54,155 nucleotides of DNA, from the NCBI RefSeq assembly GCF_036567245.1, contig NZ_DATCUY010000062.1, positions 1-54,155 on the forward strand, in the 5' to 3' direction. Source of the stretch: Achromobacter sp. (GTDB lineage: Bacteria > Pseudomonadota > Gammaproteobacteria > Burkholderiales > Burkholderiaceae_B). Shown here one piece after another: positions 30,611 to 40,712 of this stretch (within the stretch, counting starts at the first letter, position 1; the number at the start of each line of letters is the position of its first letter). A model generated the notes under the pieces. The model made no database searches. It was not told where the DNA came from and saw nothing but the letters and a program-made list of their open reading frames with translations. Position numbers and translations under genes: made by a program.

Positions 30611-32098
30611 TCAATTCCGGCCGTTTTCCTGATGCGCCGCAACATCTTCCTGGTTTCCCAGGGTAAACACCAATGACGCCCTCAAGCCTGGCAGCGGCAC
30701 CCGGTTCTCGAGGACCAGGCGCGCGCCCAGGATCTCGGCAATGGTCCCGACGATGGCCAGTCCCAGCCCGGCGCCCGGCTTGTTTTTGCCTGCGGCTCCC
30801 CGCCGGAAGCGGATGCAGGCGCGGGCGATGTCTTCGGCCGACATGCCCGGGCCGCTGTCTTCGACCACCAGCCTGGCCTGCCCGGCTTCCACCTGGACTT
30901 TCACCGTTACCTCCCCCGAGGGCGAGGTGTAACGGATGGCGTTGTCCACCAGGTTGCTGACTGCCTCCCGGAGCAGCCACTCCGCCCCCAGCACGGTGAC
31001 CGGCCGGATGTCGGCCTCCAGGCCGATGTCGAGCTGGCGGGCGCGGGCGGTGGGAAGCAGGCTGCGGATGACCCCATCGGCCAGATCGACCAGGTCCACC
31101 GGTTCCGGGCTGAAACCGCCTTCGGCCAGCGAGGCGTCCTTAGCGCGCGCCAGAGCGAGCATTTGGTTGGTGGTGCGTGTGGCCCTGTCCAAGCCCTCTT
31201 GCATCGCCAGAAGGGCTGTACGGACCTCCTGGGGGTCTGTTTCGCGCAAGGCATAGGCCGTCTGGGTCCGCAAAACCGACAAAGGTGTGCGCAACTGATG
31301 CGATGCGTCGTCCAGGAACTGGCTTTGGACCCTCGCCTGAGCCGCAAAACGGGCCATGTGGAGGTTTACGGCCGTGACTAGGGGTAGGACCTCACCCGGC
31401 ATGTCGGAGGCGCTCACGGGGCTTAAATCGTCCGCAGAACGCCCTTCCACCTCCTGCCGCAGCCTGGCAAGGGGGCGCAAGGCCATGAAAACCCCCAGGA
31501 TGATCACCAGAACACTGATCAGGATCACGGCCAGGTCCCGCTCGACCGAGCGCACCAGCACCTGGTGCAGGAACGCCTGCCGGGTATCCAGGCCTTCGGC
31601 GACTTGCACGATAACCCGTCCCCCTTTATTCGCGTACAGCGGGGGATCCATGGGGCGGGCCAGCGCCGCAACCCGTACGGGGGTGCCCTGGTAATCGGCG
31701 TAGAAAAAGCGCGGCTCGCCCGAAACCAGGGGTTCGGCAGGCATGGGCAGGTCCGGATTGCCGATTTCCGCCAGCCCGTCCTCGGTGGCGACCCGGTAGA
31801 ACACGCTGCCATTGGCCGTGAGCTCGAAAAATTCCAGCATCAGGTACGGCTGCTCCATGGCTAATCCACCGCTGGCTGTGGATATGTTGTGGTCGATGGC
31901 GCGCAGCGCTCCGGAGAGCGAGCGGTCGTAGGCAATGTCGACCTGGTTGCGCAACTGGTGGTTCGACAGCCACAGCGCGCCCATCATCACGAAGACCAGC
32001 GTGGGAATCAGCCACCAGAGAAGCTGGGTTTTCAGCGTGCGATTGCGTTTTTTCGCGGCGAAAAAACCCTTTTTTTCCGCACTTCTAGTTGTCAACAA
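30611..32098 (-). CDS. tctE: Sensor histidine kinase
   Basis: AYDRSL sensor region, H-box DASHQLRTPL, NLVDNAIRY, DSGPG and GAGLGL. Confidence 0.88.
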   Translation of the reverse strand: MLTTRSAEKKGFFAAKKRNRTLKTQLLWWLIPTLVFVMMGALWLSNHQLRNQVDIAYDRSLSGALRAIDHNISTASGGLAMEQPYLMLEFFELTANGSVFYRVATEDGLAEIGNPDLPMPAEPLVSGEPRFFYADYQGTPVRVAALARPMDPPLYANKGGRVIVQVAEGLDTRQAFLHQVLVRSVERDLAVILISVLVIILGVFMALRPLARLRQEVEGRSADDLSPVSASDMPGEVLPLVTAVNLHMARFAAQARVQSQFLDDASHQLRTPLSVLRTQTAYALRETDPQEVRTALLAMQEGLDRATRTTNQMLALARAKDASLAEGGFSPEPVDLVDLADGVIRSLLPTARARQLDIGLEADIRPVTVLGAEWLLREAVSNLVDNAIRYTSPSGEVTVKVQVEAGQARLVVEDSGPGMSAEDIARACIRFRRGAAGKNKPGAGLGLAIVGTIAEILGARLVLENRVPLPGLRASLVFTLGNQEDVAAHQENGRN

Positions 32099-32762
32099 GG
32101 TTCTCCAGGCAGTAGCCCATGCCCCGCATGGTCACGATTTGCACACCGGTATCCGCTAATTTTTTTCGCAGACGGTGCACCACGACCTCGATGGCTTCCA
32201 GGTTGATGTCCGCATCGTCGGTCAGGATGCGGTCCAGGATCTGCTGCTTGTTGATGGGCTCGCCGCTTTTCTGGATCAGCACCCGCAGAACTGAGTGTTC
32301 ACGTGGGGATAACTGCAAGGGCTGTCCGCCAACCGTGAATTTTTGAGCGGAAGTTTCGAAAACCAGGTTACCCAGAGTGAGTCGAGGGTGTTCACGCCCG
32401 CGGCTGCGCCGGATGAGTGCGATCAATCGCGCTTCCAATTCTTCCACGACAAACGGTTTGGGCAGGAAATCGTCCGCTCCCTGGTGGAGCGTCCCGATTT
32501 TTTCGGCCAGCGAATCGCGCGCGGTCAAGACCAGCACCGGCGTACGGTCGTCCCGCGCGCGGATCTTCGCCAGCAAGGCATGGCCATCCATGCCTGGAAG
32601 TCCCAGGTCCAGGATGACCGCATCGAATTCTTCCATCGCCAGTCTTCTGTCGGCGACCAATCCGTCATCAGCCCACTCAACCACGAAACCCGCGTGTCTC
32701 GCCAGGCTTCTTGAAAGCCAGCGGGCAAGTTCGGCTTCGTCTTCTATCAGGAGGATACGCAT
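32085..32762 (-). CDS. tctD: OmpR-family response regulator
   Basis: MRILLIED, LDLGLP, GADDFLPKPF and VHRLRKK; adjacent to tctE/tctC. Confidence 0.88.
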   Translation of the reverse strand: MRILLIEDEAELARWLSRSLARHAGFVVEWADDGLVADRRLAMEEFDAVILDLGLPGMDGHALLAKIRARDDRTPVLVLTARDSLAEKIGTLHQGADDFLPKPFVVEELEARLIALIRRSRGREHPRLTLGNLVFETSAQKFTVGGQPLQLSPREHSVLRVLIQKSGEPINKQQILDRILTDDADINLEAIEVVVHRLRKKLADTGVQIVTMRGMGYCLENLVDN

Positions 32763-32809
32763 GGACGCAGTCCGGGGGGGCATGGCTGGGCGGAATGGGA
32801 AAACATGTT

Positions 32810-33055
32810 TGGCTTTTCCTTTATTTCTCTTTATATAAAGACTAATGATTAATAAGGCCTGTGGATAACTACCTTAACCTTGAAAACCTCTTTTTTTTCA
32901 TCAGCTTGCAGCCGTTTTTGCCTGTGCAAGAACTCTGTGTGGGAAAAAAGCTGAAGTTGGACAAGATTTTGGACCCTGTCCGAAACCCCTGCTTGTTCAA
33001 CTTGCCTCCACAAAATGTGCACAAGGCGGCTACTTAGGAGTTATCCACAGGCCCT
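32810..33055. other. oriC: Chromosomal replication origin oriC (predicted)
   Basis: AT-rich tract at ~32813-32855, then GGCC and a perfect TGTGGATAA at 32860. An IHF-like TTTCATCAGCTTG lies at 32896, followed by several weak boxes and an opposed perfect TTATCCACA at 33041, 181 bp from the first box. Confidence 0.78.
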
Positions 33056-33251
33056 TTCTGCCTGACGGGTCTCAAAAACGGCACTTTTACCCCGAAAAAC
33101 GCTCCGCTGCCTACCCGGTTTTTTGCCCTTTTGGAGGCCTTCAGAGCCCCTCCAGGGCGTTCGCGGAAAGCAGGATTCGAGGGGAGGCGCGTAGCTATTC
33201 TTGACTGGCAACTGAACAAAAAGTGAGCAGGTTCCGCCGTAGAATTCCGCC

Positions 33252-34619
33252 ATGGCGACAGAAATCAGAATCAAGAAATCGGGGTGGGCAATCTGGCTGA
33301 GGAGCCGTTTGTTGGCGGACAATTTGCCGGCCACCCTCTGCGCGGCGGCGCTGATGGGACTGCTGGGGGCGCTGGCCACCGTGGTCTTCCGGGAAATGTT
33401 GGCCTGGACGCAGATGTTGCTGGGCGGCGGGGACGCTCCCCATGGCATGGTGTCCCTGGCGCGGGGACTGAGCCCCTGGCAACGCTTCCTGATGCCGGCG
33501 ATCGGCGGCGCTCTTGCCGGCGCCATCCTGCAAATGGCGGCCAGATGGCTGCCCAAACGCGGCGCGGCGGACTATATGGAGGCGATTTCCATCGGCCGCG
33601 GGGTCATAGGCTTTCGCCAGACGGTTGCGCGCAGCCTGTCGTCGATTTTTTCCATCGGTTCCGGCGCGTCCATTGGCCGCGAGGGTCCCATGGTGCAGCT
33701 GGCGGCGATGTTGTCATCCCTGACGGGACGGTATCTGGTGTTGCCGCCCAGGCATTTGCGCTTGCTGGTCGCTTGTGGCGCCACCGCCGGGATCACGTCC
33801 GCCTATAACGCGCCGATCGCCGGCGCCTTGTTCATTTCCGAGATCGTCTATGGCGCGATTGCGTCGGCTACGCTGGTGCCGCTGGTCGTATCGTCGGTCG
33901 TGGCGAACATAGTGACGCGCCAGATCCTGCATTACGACGCGGTTTTCCATATGCCGCCCTTCACCCTCGTGTCGGGCTGGGAAGTCATCAACTATCTGGG
34001 ATTGGGCGTGATCGCCGGCTTGGCGGCGCCCCAATTCCTGCGATTCCTGGACATGGCACGAGCTGGGTTCGGCCGCATGCCCGCGCCGCTGTGGGTTCGC
34101 ATGGCATTGGGCGGCCTGATAGTCGGCGCCTTGTCGGTGGTGAATCCCGAGGTCTGGGGCAATGGCTACAGCGTGGTCAACAGCATGTTGCACACGCAGT
34201 GGGCCTGGCAGGCGGTCGCCGCCATTCTGCTTTTGAAAACGCTGGCCACCGCGGCCAGCGTCGGTTCGGGCGCGGTGGGCGGCGTCTTCACGCCCACGCT
34301 GTTCGTGGGGGCGGCGTTGGGCGCCTTGTACGGAACCGGCCTGCAGGCCTTGTTTCCAGCCGGGGACCTGTCTGCGGTATCCAGCTACGCAGTGGTGGGC
34401 ATGGGGGCCTTGCTGGCTGCCACCACTTATGCGCCCCTGATGTCCATCCTGATGATTTTCGAGATGACGCTCAGCTATGAAGTCATGCTGCCGCTGATGC
34501 TGGCCTGCATCACGGGCTACGTGATTGCGCATCGCATACGGCCGGATTCGGTGTACGCGAAATCGTTGGCCAGCAACCGGCGCGCTCAACGCGTCGTGGC
34601 AAGGGAGCGAGACGAGTGA
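33252..34619 (+). CDS. clcB: ClcB-like voltage-gated chloride channel
   Basis: DYMEA, SIGREGP, YNAPIAG, GGVFTP and FEMT. Confidence 0.88.
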   Translation: MATEIRIKKSGWAIWLRSRLLADNLPATLCAAALMGLLGALATVVFREMLAWTQMLLGGGDAPHGMVSLARGLSPWQRFLMPAIGGALAGAILQMAARWLPKRGAADYMEAISIGRGVIGFRQTVARSLSSIFSIGSGASIGREGPMVQLAAMLSSLTGRYLVLPPRHLRLLVACGATAGITSAYNAPIAGALFISEIVYGAIASATLVPLVVSSVVANIVTRQILHYDAVFHMPPFTLVSGWEVINYLGLGVIAGLAAPQFLRFLDMARAGFGRMPAPLWVRMALGGLIVGALSVVNPEVWGNGYSVVNSMLHTQWAWQAVAAILLLKTLATAASVGSGAVGGVFTPTLFVGAALGALYGTGLQALFPAGDLSAVSSYAVVGMGALLAATTYAPLMSILMIFEMTLSYEVMLPLMLACITGYVIAHRIRPDSVYAKSLASNRRAQRVVARERDE

Positions 34620-34675
34620 CCGACCTTCGATAATGCGAGCAAATATTCGTATTTAATATGAAGGATAAAAAGCCC

Positions 34676-35128
34676 TTAAACAAGGGCCTTTTTCATGAAG
34701 ACGCGTTTCAATCCTATCTCTTCGGCGCGATGGGTTTCCACATACCCATGTCGCGTGTAGATAGCGATGTTCTCGATCATTTTCTCTTGTGTGTAAAGAC
34801 GAATGTAGTCATAGCCCATCCGGCGCGCCGCGTCTTCGGCGAACTGCATCAGGTCGCGGCCATAGCCTTTGCCTTGTGCTTGCGGCGCTACCGCGATGTT
34901 ATCCAGCAGCAGGCAATCGTCTTCGCGAATCAGGACCAGGACGCCGTGCACAGCATCCTGTGCCTGCAGCACATGGACCATGCCCTGCGCGACGCGGGCG
35001 GGATAGTCATCCCGCATCGGCCCGGGTATCGCCCCGATGCGGGCGACATAGTGTCCGTAGGCTTGCGCGACGATCCGCTCGATGTCGGGTAGGTCTTCGG
35101 AGGTGGCGAGGCGTATGTCGGGGCGCAT
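34676..35128 (-). CDS. GNAT family N-acetyltransferase
   Basis: NIAVAPQAQGKGYG and ENIAIYTRHGY. Confidence 0.87.
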   Translation of the reverse strand: MRPDIRLATSEDLPDIERIVAQAYGHYVARIGAIPGPMRDDYPARVAQGMVHVLQAQDAVHGVLVLIREDDCLLLDNIAVAPQAQGKGYGRDLMQFAEDAARRMGYDYIRLYTQEKMIENIAIYTRHGYVETHRAEEIGLKRVFMKKALV

Positions 35129-35213
35129 GCGGAATCCAGGATAGTGCGATGCCAGGCGTGGGCAGGGCTTCCGGGAATATAGGCCGTCCGGACGCTTCAG
35201 GATTGTTTTGCCA

Positions 35214-35238
35214 ATTAGTTATAAAATTTATAACTAAT
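35214..35238. promoter_or_regulatory. Perfect AT-rich 12-1-12 palindrome, putative operator
   Basis: ATTAGTTATAAA-A-TTTATAACTAAT between divergent genes. Confidence 0.65.
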
Positions 35239-35313
35239 AATTCGCGTGTATACCCCGAAGATAGTGTGGGATCCCCGAAGAAAGTAGAGGAGTGATCCTG
35301 CAAAGGAGCGTCA

Positions 35314-35649
35314 ATGGCACCTAATAGGTCTTCCCCGGCCGATGGTGCGCCCGACAACTTGTGGAACGAGTATGCAAGGTTCCACGAAGCTTGCTCAGGC
35401 GTGCTGGACCGGATCGAGCAGCATAGGGATGGCGGCATCGCCTTGTCGGAGAGCGAGTTGTTGGAGTTGAGAACCATGGTGCTCAACCTCAACGCGTTCG
35501 GCCGGGTGTTGCATGGCAAAAGAGCACGGGAAATGCGTCAGTTGGCCGAGCGCGCCGAATGCGTGTTGTGCAAGGCCGAAGTGTTGCCTGGCGCCCAGAT
35601 CAATGAAGAGAGCGAGTCCGAGGATAACCCTGCCGCGGTGACGGGCTGA
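35314..35649 (+). CDS. Hypothetical protein, 111 aa
   Basis: AAGGAG RBS before the ATG; helical composition; no recognised motif. Confidence 0.5.
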   Translation: MAPNRSSPADGAPDNLWNEYARFHEACSGVLDRIEQHRDGGIALSESELLELRTMVLNLNAFGRVLHGKRAREMRQLAERAECVLCKAEVLPGAQINEESESEDNPAAVTG

Positions 35650-35673
35650 GCCCGCGCGCAGGACCTTGCATTG

Positions 35674-36231
35674 TCATGTGGGCCGCCGGCGCAGGAGCGA
35701 GCGCCCCATGGCCCCGATCATCTTGAGCGTGTACAACACGAACAAGGATCCCGTGATGTCTCCGGTCAGCATCGCGATGAAGCCGTCCGCGAGCGCCGCC
35801 CGTTCTCCCTGCAGAAAGAACCAGAGATGGTGAATCGCCGTGTTCATCAACGCATACGCAACGGCGCAGACCAGCAGGTGCCAGGCAGTGAGATTGCCCA
35901 GGTCTGGCTGCAGCCGCAACGCCGACCTGGCCCAGCGGTAAGCCAGATAGGGAGCGGCGGCGGCCATGATGCCGCCCGCCGCCGAGCGGAGGACGTCGTC
36001 GGGAAAATAATAGAAAAAGCAGGCCATCCAGGATCCTGCCAACAGGCCCAGGGCTGCCGGCAGGCCAAACAGCAGCGTGCATATCAGGCGCACGCCCGCA
36101 GGCAGATAGATCCAATTGATGCCGCGCACGAACTCAAGGTTGGTGAAAACCCATTCATTGACTGCCAGATTGCCCAGAAACAGCGCCATCGTCACCAGAG
36201 CCCATTTACCCTGATCTAGAATGTTCTCCAT
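35674..36231 (-). CDS. Stand-alone MASE1-like integral membrane protein
   Basis: Hydrophobic segments with the WIYLPAGVRL...LLFG and GDITG motifs. Confidence 0.65.
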   Translation of the reverse strand: MENILDQGKWALVTMALFLGNLAVNEWVFTNLEFVRGINWIYLPAGVRLICTLLFGLPAALGLLAGSWMACFFYYFPDDVLRSAAGGIMAAAAPYLAYRWARSALRLQPDLGNLTAWHLLVCAVAYALMNTAIHHLWFFLQGERAALADGFIAMLTGDITGSLFVLYTLKMIGAMGRSLLRRRPT

Positions 36232-36273
36232 ACCTCGAATTCCGCCGCTTATCGGTCGCTGCGTCCATTATCC

Positions 36274-36630
36274 ATGAAAGAAAAAAAGAGACCTGCCGAT
36301 ATTTACCTGCGTTTCCTGCGCCTGGCTGATGCGCTGCGCGGCCTGCCTTCGTTGCCGTCGCTCGATCCCACGGAAGAACGCATACTCACGCTGATCGCGC
36401 GCGCATCGCAGGAAGAACGCCGCTTGTCCGTGCGCGACGTGATGGCGGTGGATAGCATAGGTTCGCCCGCGACCTTGCATGCGCGTTTGAAATCCATGCG
36501 TGAGAAAGGCTGGGTGCTGCTCGTCGATACCGAGGATGCGCGTCGCAAGCAGGTTGAATTGAGCCAGGCCGCGCTGTCGCATTTCGACCGCTTGTCTGAA
36601 TGCCTGGTGGAAGCGACTCGCAAGCACTGA
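36274..36630 (+). CDS. MarR-like winged-helix DNA-binding protein
   Basis: SPATLHARLKSM.EKGW...DARRK.V.LS wing motif. Confidence 0.75.
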   Translation: MKEKKRPADIYLRFLRLADALRGLPSLPSLDPTEERILTLIARASQEERRLSVRDVMAVDSIGSPATLHARLKSMREKGWVLLVDTEDARRKQVELSQAALSHFDRLSECLVEATRKH

Positions 36631-36675
36631 ATGTCAGGGCTGCGTCTGCCGCCCTGCAACGCGCCGTAGCGCGGC

Positions 36676-38028
36676 CTATTTGCCGATGCAGAAGCTCGAA
36701 AAGATCTCGCCCAGCAGATCGTCGCTGGTGAATTTTCCCGTGATGCTGGACAGGCTGTCATGCGCCAGCCGCAGTTCTTCCGCAAACAGGTCCAGCACCC
36801 TGTCATCCTGCTCTGCGTGCGCGCCGGCCAACTCCAGATGCTCCGCCGCGTCCTGCAGCGCGTGCAGATGCCGCTCGCGCGCCAGCCACGGAGATTCGCC
36901 CCCGGGATTCCAGCCGGCAATGCGCAGCAACTCCGCGCGCAACGCGTCCAGACCCGCGCCCCGCTTGGCCGAGATGCCAAGTTCCTGAGGGCCGGCCGAA
37001 AAGGGTGCGGACAGCAGGTCCACCTTGTTGAAAACCTTGAGGACGGGCGTGCGCGGCGGCAGGCGCGCGGTGATCTGGGCGTCCAGCTCGTCGCCGGGCT
37101 GCGTGGCATCCTGCAAATGCAGGATGACGTCGGCGCGCTCGATCTCCTGCCAGGTGCGCGCAATGCCTATGCTCTCCACTGTGTCCTCGGTTTCCCTGAG
37201 ACCGGCCGTGTCGACAATGTGCAGCGGCACGCCATCGATGTGGATCTCCTGCACCACCTTGTCGCGGGTCGTGCCCGCGATTGGGGTGACGATGGCGATG
37301 TCATCGCCCGCCAGCGCGTTGAGCAGGCTGGACTTGCCCACGTTGGGTTGGCCGGCCAGCACCACATGCAGGCCTTCGCGCAGGATCACGCCCTGGCGCG
37401 CCTGCGCGATGAGTTTGGTAAGGTCGTCAGTCAGGGCTTCCAGGGTCGGGCGGGCCTGGTACTTCTCCAGGAAGTCGATTTCTTCTTCGGGGAAATCCAG
37501 GGTTGCCTCGACCAGCATGCGCAAATGGATGATGCGGTCCGACAGGTCGTTCACGCGGGCGGAAAAGTCGCCGGATAGCGACGCCATGGCGCCGCGCGCG
37601 GCGGCCACCGACGAGGCCTCGATCAAATCGGCTACGGCTTCGGCCTGAGCCAGGTCCATGCGGTCGTTGAGGAAGGCGCGGCGCGTGAATTCGCCGGGTT
37701 CGGCCAGCCGGATACCCAGATCGCGGCCGGCGGTCAGGCAGCTATCCAGCACGCGGCGCAATACGGCGGGGCCGCCATGCCCTTGCAGTTCGAGCACGTC
37801 TTCGCCGGTATAGGAATGCGGCGCGCGGAAGTAGATGGCGATGCCTTCGTCCAGCAATTCACCGGCGTCGGATTTGAACGGCAGGTAGTGCGCATGGCGC
37901 GGCGTGAGGTCGCGCTGGAACAGACGGCGCATGAGTTCGGACAAGTCCGCGCCGGAGATGCGAACGACGCCGATACCGCCTCTTCCGGGGGCGGTTGCGA
38001 TGGCGGCGATGGGGGCGTAGGCGGACAT
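36676..38028 (-). CDS. mnmE: tRNA modification GTPase MnmE (TrmE)
   Basis: [38 protein letters not shown] and a terminal FCIGK. Confidence 0.97.
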   Translation of the reverse strand: MSAYAPIAAIATAPGRGGIGVVRISGADLSELMRRLFQRDLTPRHAHYLPFKSDAGELLDEGIAIYFRAPHSYTGEDVLELQGHGGPAVLRRVLDSCLTAGRDLGIRLAEPGEFTRRAFLNDRMDLAQAEAVADLIEASSVAAARGAMASLSGDFSARVNDLSDRIIHLRMLVEATLDFPEEEIDFLEKYQARPTLEALTDDLTKLIAQARQGVILREGLHVVLAGQPNVGKSSLLNALAGDDIAIVTPIAGTTRDKVVQEIHIDGVPLHIVDTAGLRETEDTVESIGIARTWQEIERADVILHLQDATQPGDELDAQITARLPPRTPVLKVFNKVDLLSAPFSAGPQELGISAKRGAGLDALRAELLRIAGWNPGGESPWLARERHLHALQDAAEHLELAGAHAEQDDRVLDLFAEELRLAHDSLSSITGKFTSDDLLGEIFSSFCIGK

Positions 38029-38143
38029 ATTTCGGGCAAGGCGAGGCGAGAACAATAAGGGAATATAACTGTTGCGCCGTCCCTTGTTTGCTGGTTAATG
38101 TGGCCCGGAGGTTCAAAACCCGAAACAATCCAGGGAGATCACA

Positions 38144-39730
38144 ATGGCATCTCGGTTTTCGCGTGTCTTGGCCTGCGGCTCAGCCGCGGTGATATTGGCC
38201 TTCGGCACATTCAGTTCGGCTATGGCCCGCGATCTGGTGATCGCCCTGAAGACCGAGCCGTCCTCGATGGATCCGCAGTATCACGCGCTCACGCCCAATA
38301 CGCAGATCTCCCAGACCATTTTCGATACCTTGGTTGCCACCGACGCGCAGCTCAAGCCGCAGCCCGCGCTGGCCGAGTCCTGGACCGTGGACGGCAAGGT
38401 GTGGACCTTCAAGCTGCGCCCCAATGTGAAGTTCTCTGACGGCACGCCGTTCACCGCGGAAGACGTAGTCTTTACATATGCGCGCGTGCCCAAGGTGCCC
38501 AACAGCCCTTCGCCGTTCACGCTGTACCTGGGTTCGGTCGAGAAGACCGAGGCAGTCGATCCCAGCACGGTGCGCATCACGACCAAGGATGTGGCGCCGA
38601 ACTTGCTGGTCAATCTGGCGCAGTTGCCCATCATGTCCAAGAAGGCGGCGTCCGGCCCCGCTGCGGAAGGCAAGACGACCACCGAACTCAATAGCGGCGA
38701 CGGCTTGATCGGCACCGGTCCCTACAAGTTTGTGTCGTGGAAGCGCGGCGCCGAATTCGTGCTGGCGCGCAACGACAATTATTGGGGCAAGAAGCCCGAA
38801 TGGGATCGCGTGGTCTACCGTCCCATCAGCAACGCGGCGGCGCGCGTGGCCGCCCTGCTTGCCGGCGACGTCGACATGATCGAGGATCCCCCGACCGATG
38901 ACCTGCCCAAGCTGAAGGGCGACAAGAAGCTGTATGTGGAGGAAACGCCGTCGGTGCGCGTCGTGTACCTGGCGCTGGATCAGTTCGCCGAACCTTCGCC
39001 CGGCGTGCAAGGCACCGACAAGAACCCCATGAAGGACAAGCGCGTGCGCGAGGCGCTGTCGCTGGCGATCAACCGCGATGCGCTGGTCGAGCGTGTGATG
39101 GGCGGCGTGGCGTTGCCCGCGGGCAATCTGCTGCCCTACCCCATGTTCGGTTCCAGCAAGGAGCATTCCAAGGCGCCCAAGGCCGACGTGGAAAAGGCCA
39201 AGGCGCTGCTGAAGGAAGCGGGCTATCCCAATGGCTTCTCCATCACGCTGGGTTCGCCGTCGGGACGCTATGTCAACGACTCGAAGGTGGCGCAGGCGAT
39301 CGCCTCGATGTGGACCCGCATTGGCGTGAAGACCAGCGTGGATGCGATGGCGCCCCCGGTGTTCTTCAAGAACCGCGACAGCTATGCGTTCTCGGCCTAT
39401 CTCGCGGGCTGGTCCGTGACCAGCGGCGAGATGTCCAACGCGCTGACGTCGCTGCTGGTGACGCGCAACCCGGAAGCGGGCCTGGGCACCACCAACCGCA
39501 GCCGCTATTCGAATCCCAAGATGGACGCGCTGGTGAAGGAAGCCTCGTCCACCATGGATGACGCCAAGCGTGCGGACCTGTTGTCCAAGGCCAGCAACAT
39601 CGCCATGGACGATTACGCCATGCTGCCCGTGCATTTTGAACTGTCGGTATGGGCGATGAAGAGCGACATCCGCTATCAGGGCCGTCCCGACCAGGTCACG
39701 CTCGCCCAGTTTGCAACGCTGAAAAAGTAA
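38144..39730 (+). CDS. ABC peptide/nickel family substrate-binding protein (DppA-like)
   Basis: Signal peptide, LAESW, KFSDGTPFTAEDV, GTGPYK and VREALSLAINR. Confidence 0.9.
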   Translation: MASRFSRVLACGSAAVILAFGTFSSAMARDLVIALKTEPSSMDPQYHALTPNTQISQTIFDTLVATDAQLKPQPALAESWTVDGKVWTFKLRPNVKFSDGTPFTAEDVVFTYARVPKVPNSPSPFTLYLGSVEKTEAVDPSTVRITTKDVAPNLLVNLAQLPIMSKKAASGPAAEGKTTTELNSGDGLIGTGPYKFVSWKRGAEFVLARNDNYWGKKPEWDRVVYRPISNAAARVAALLAGDVDMIEDPPTDDLPKLKGDKKLYVEETPSVRVVYLALDQFAEPSPGVQGTDKNPMKDKRVREALSLAINRDALVERVMGGVALPAGNLLPYPMFGSSKEHSKAPKADVEKAKALLKEAGYPNGFSITLGSPSGRYVNDSKVAQAIASMWTRIGVKTSVDAMAPPVFFKNRDSYAFSAYLAGWSVTSGEMSNALTSLLVTRNPEAGLGTTNRSRYSNPKMDALVKEASSTMDDAKRADLLSKASNIAMDDYAMLPVHFELSVWAMKSDIRYQGRPDQVTLAQFATLKK

Positions 39731-39737
39731 GGCGCTA

Positions 39738-40712
39738 GTGCTTGCAACAATCGTAAGAAGGCTGCTGCAGACCATCGTCGTCATGCTCGTCATGTCGGCG
39801 TTGGTCTTCGCCGGCATCTACATGGTGGGCGATCCGGTGTCGATGCTGGCGAGCCCGGAGGCCACCGAAGCGCAGCGCGCCGCGGTGCGCGCATCGCTGG
39901 GCCTGGACCTGCCGCTCTGGCGGCAGTACCTGATCTTCATGGGCCAGGCGGTGCGCGGCGATTTCGGCAATAGCTTCCTGACGGGCGAACCGGCCATGCG
40001 GCTGATCCTGGAGCGCATGCCGGCCACCGTGGAACTGGCCTGTGTGGCCATGCTGCTGTCGGTGCTGATAGGCGTGCCGCTGGGCATCCTGGCGGGCCTG
40101 AAGCCCAAGGCGGTCGGTTCGCGCGCCATCATGACGGGCTCGGTGCTGGGCTTTTCGCTGCCCAACTTCTGGGTCGGCCTGATGCTCATCATGGTGTTCG
40201 CGGTGATCCTGGGTTGGGTGCCGGCAGGCGGGCGCGGCCAGACCGTCAGCATCGGCTCATTGCAGCTTAGCGTGTTGACCTTCGACGGCTGGCTGAGCCT
40301 GGCGCTGCCGGCAGCCACGATCGCAATCGCCAAGTGCGCGATGATCATCCGCGTGACGCGGGCGGCCACGCGCGAAGCCTTGCCGATGGACTACATCAAG
40401 TTCGCGCGCGCCAAGGGCTTGTCTGAAAAGCGTGTGCTGGGCGTGCATCTGCTCAAGAACATTCTGATCCCGGTGGTGACGGTGGCAGGTCTTGAATTCG
40501 GCCAGGTGATGGCGTTTGCGGTCGTGACCGAGACGGTATTTTCCTGGCCGGGCATGGGCAAGCTGCTGATCGATTCCATCATCAATCTGGACCGTCCGGT
40601 GGTGGTCGCATACCTGCTCCTGATCGTGTTCTTCCTGGTCATGTTGAATCTGGTGGTGGACATCATCTACACGGTGCTGGACCCCCGCGTACGCTTGGAT
40701 AGCCGTCGATGA
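39738..40712 (+). CDS. ABC peptide transporter permease (DppB-like)
   Basis: GTG start; GDP, DYIKFARAKGL, ETVFSWPGMG and LDPR. Confidence 0.9.
   Translation: MLATIVRRLLQTIVVMLVMSALVFAGIYMVGDPVSMLASPEATEAQRAAVRASLGLDLPLWRQYLIFMGQAVRGDFGNSFLTGEPAMRLILERMPATVELACVAMLLSVLIGVPLGILAGLKPKAVGSRAIMTGSVLGFSLPNFWVGLMLIMVFAVILGWVPAGGRGQTVSIGSLQLSVLTFDGWLSLALPAATIAIAKCAMIIRVTRAATREALPMDYIKFARAKGLSEKRVLGVHLLKNILIPVVTVAGLEFGQVMAFAVVTETVFSWPGMGKLLIDSIINLDRPVVVAYLLLIVFFLVMLNLVVDIIYTVLDPRVRLDSRR

Noticed and set aside
38180-39817. Long antisense ORFs (e.g. 38180-39817, 52134-53810, 12911-14314, 5578-6855)
   Set aside because: They are shadow frames of well-supported genes, expected in high-GC DNA, and have no motifs.
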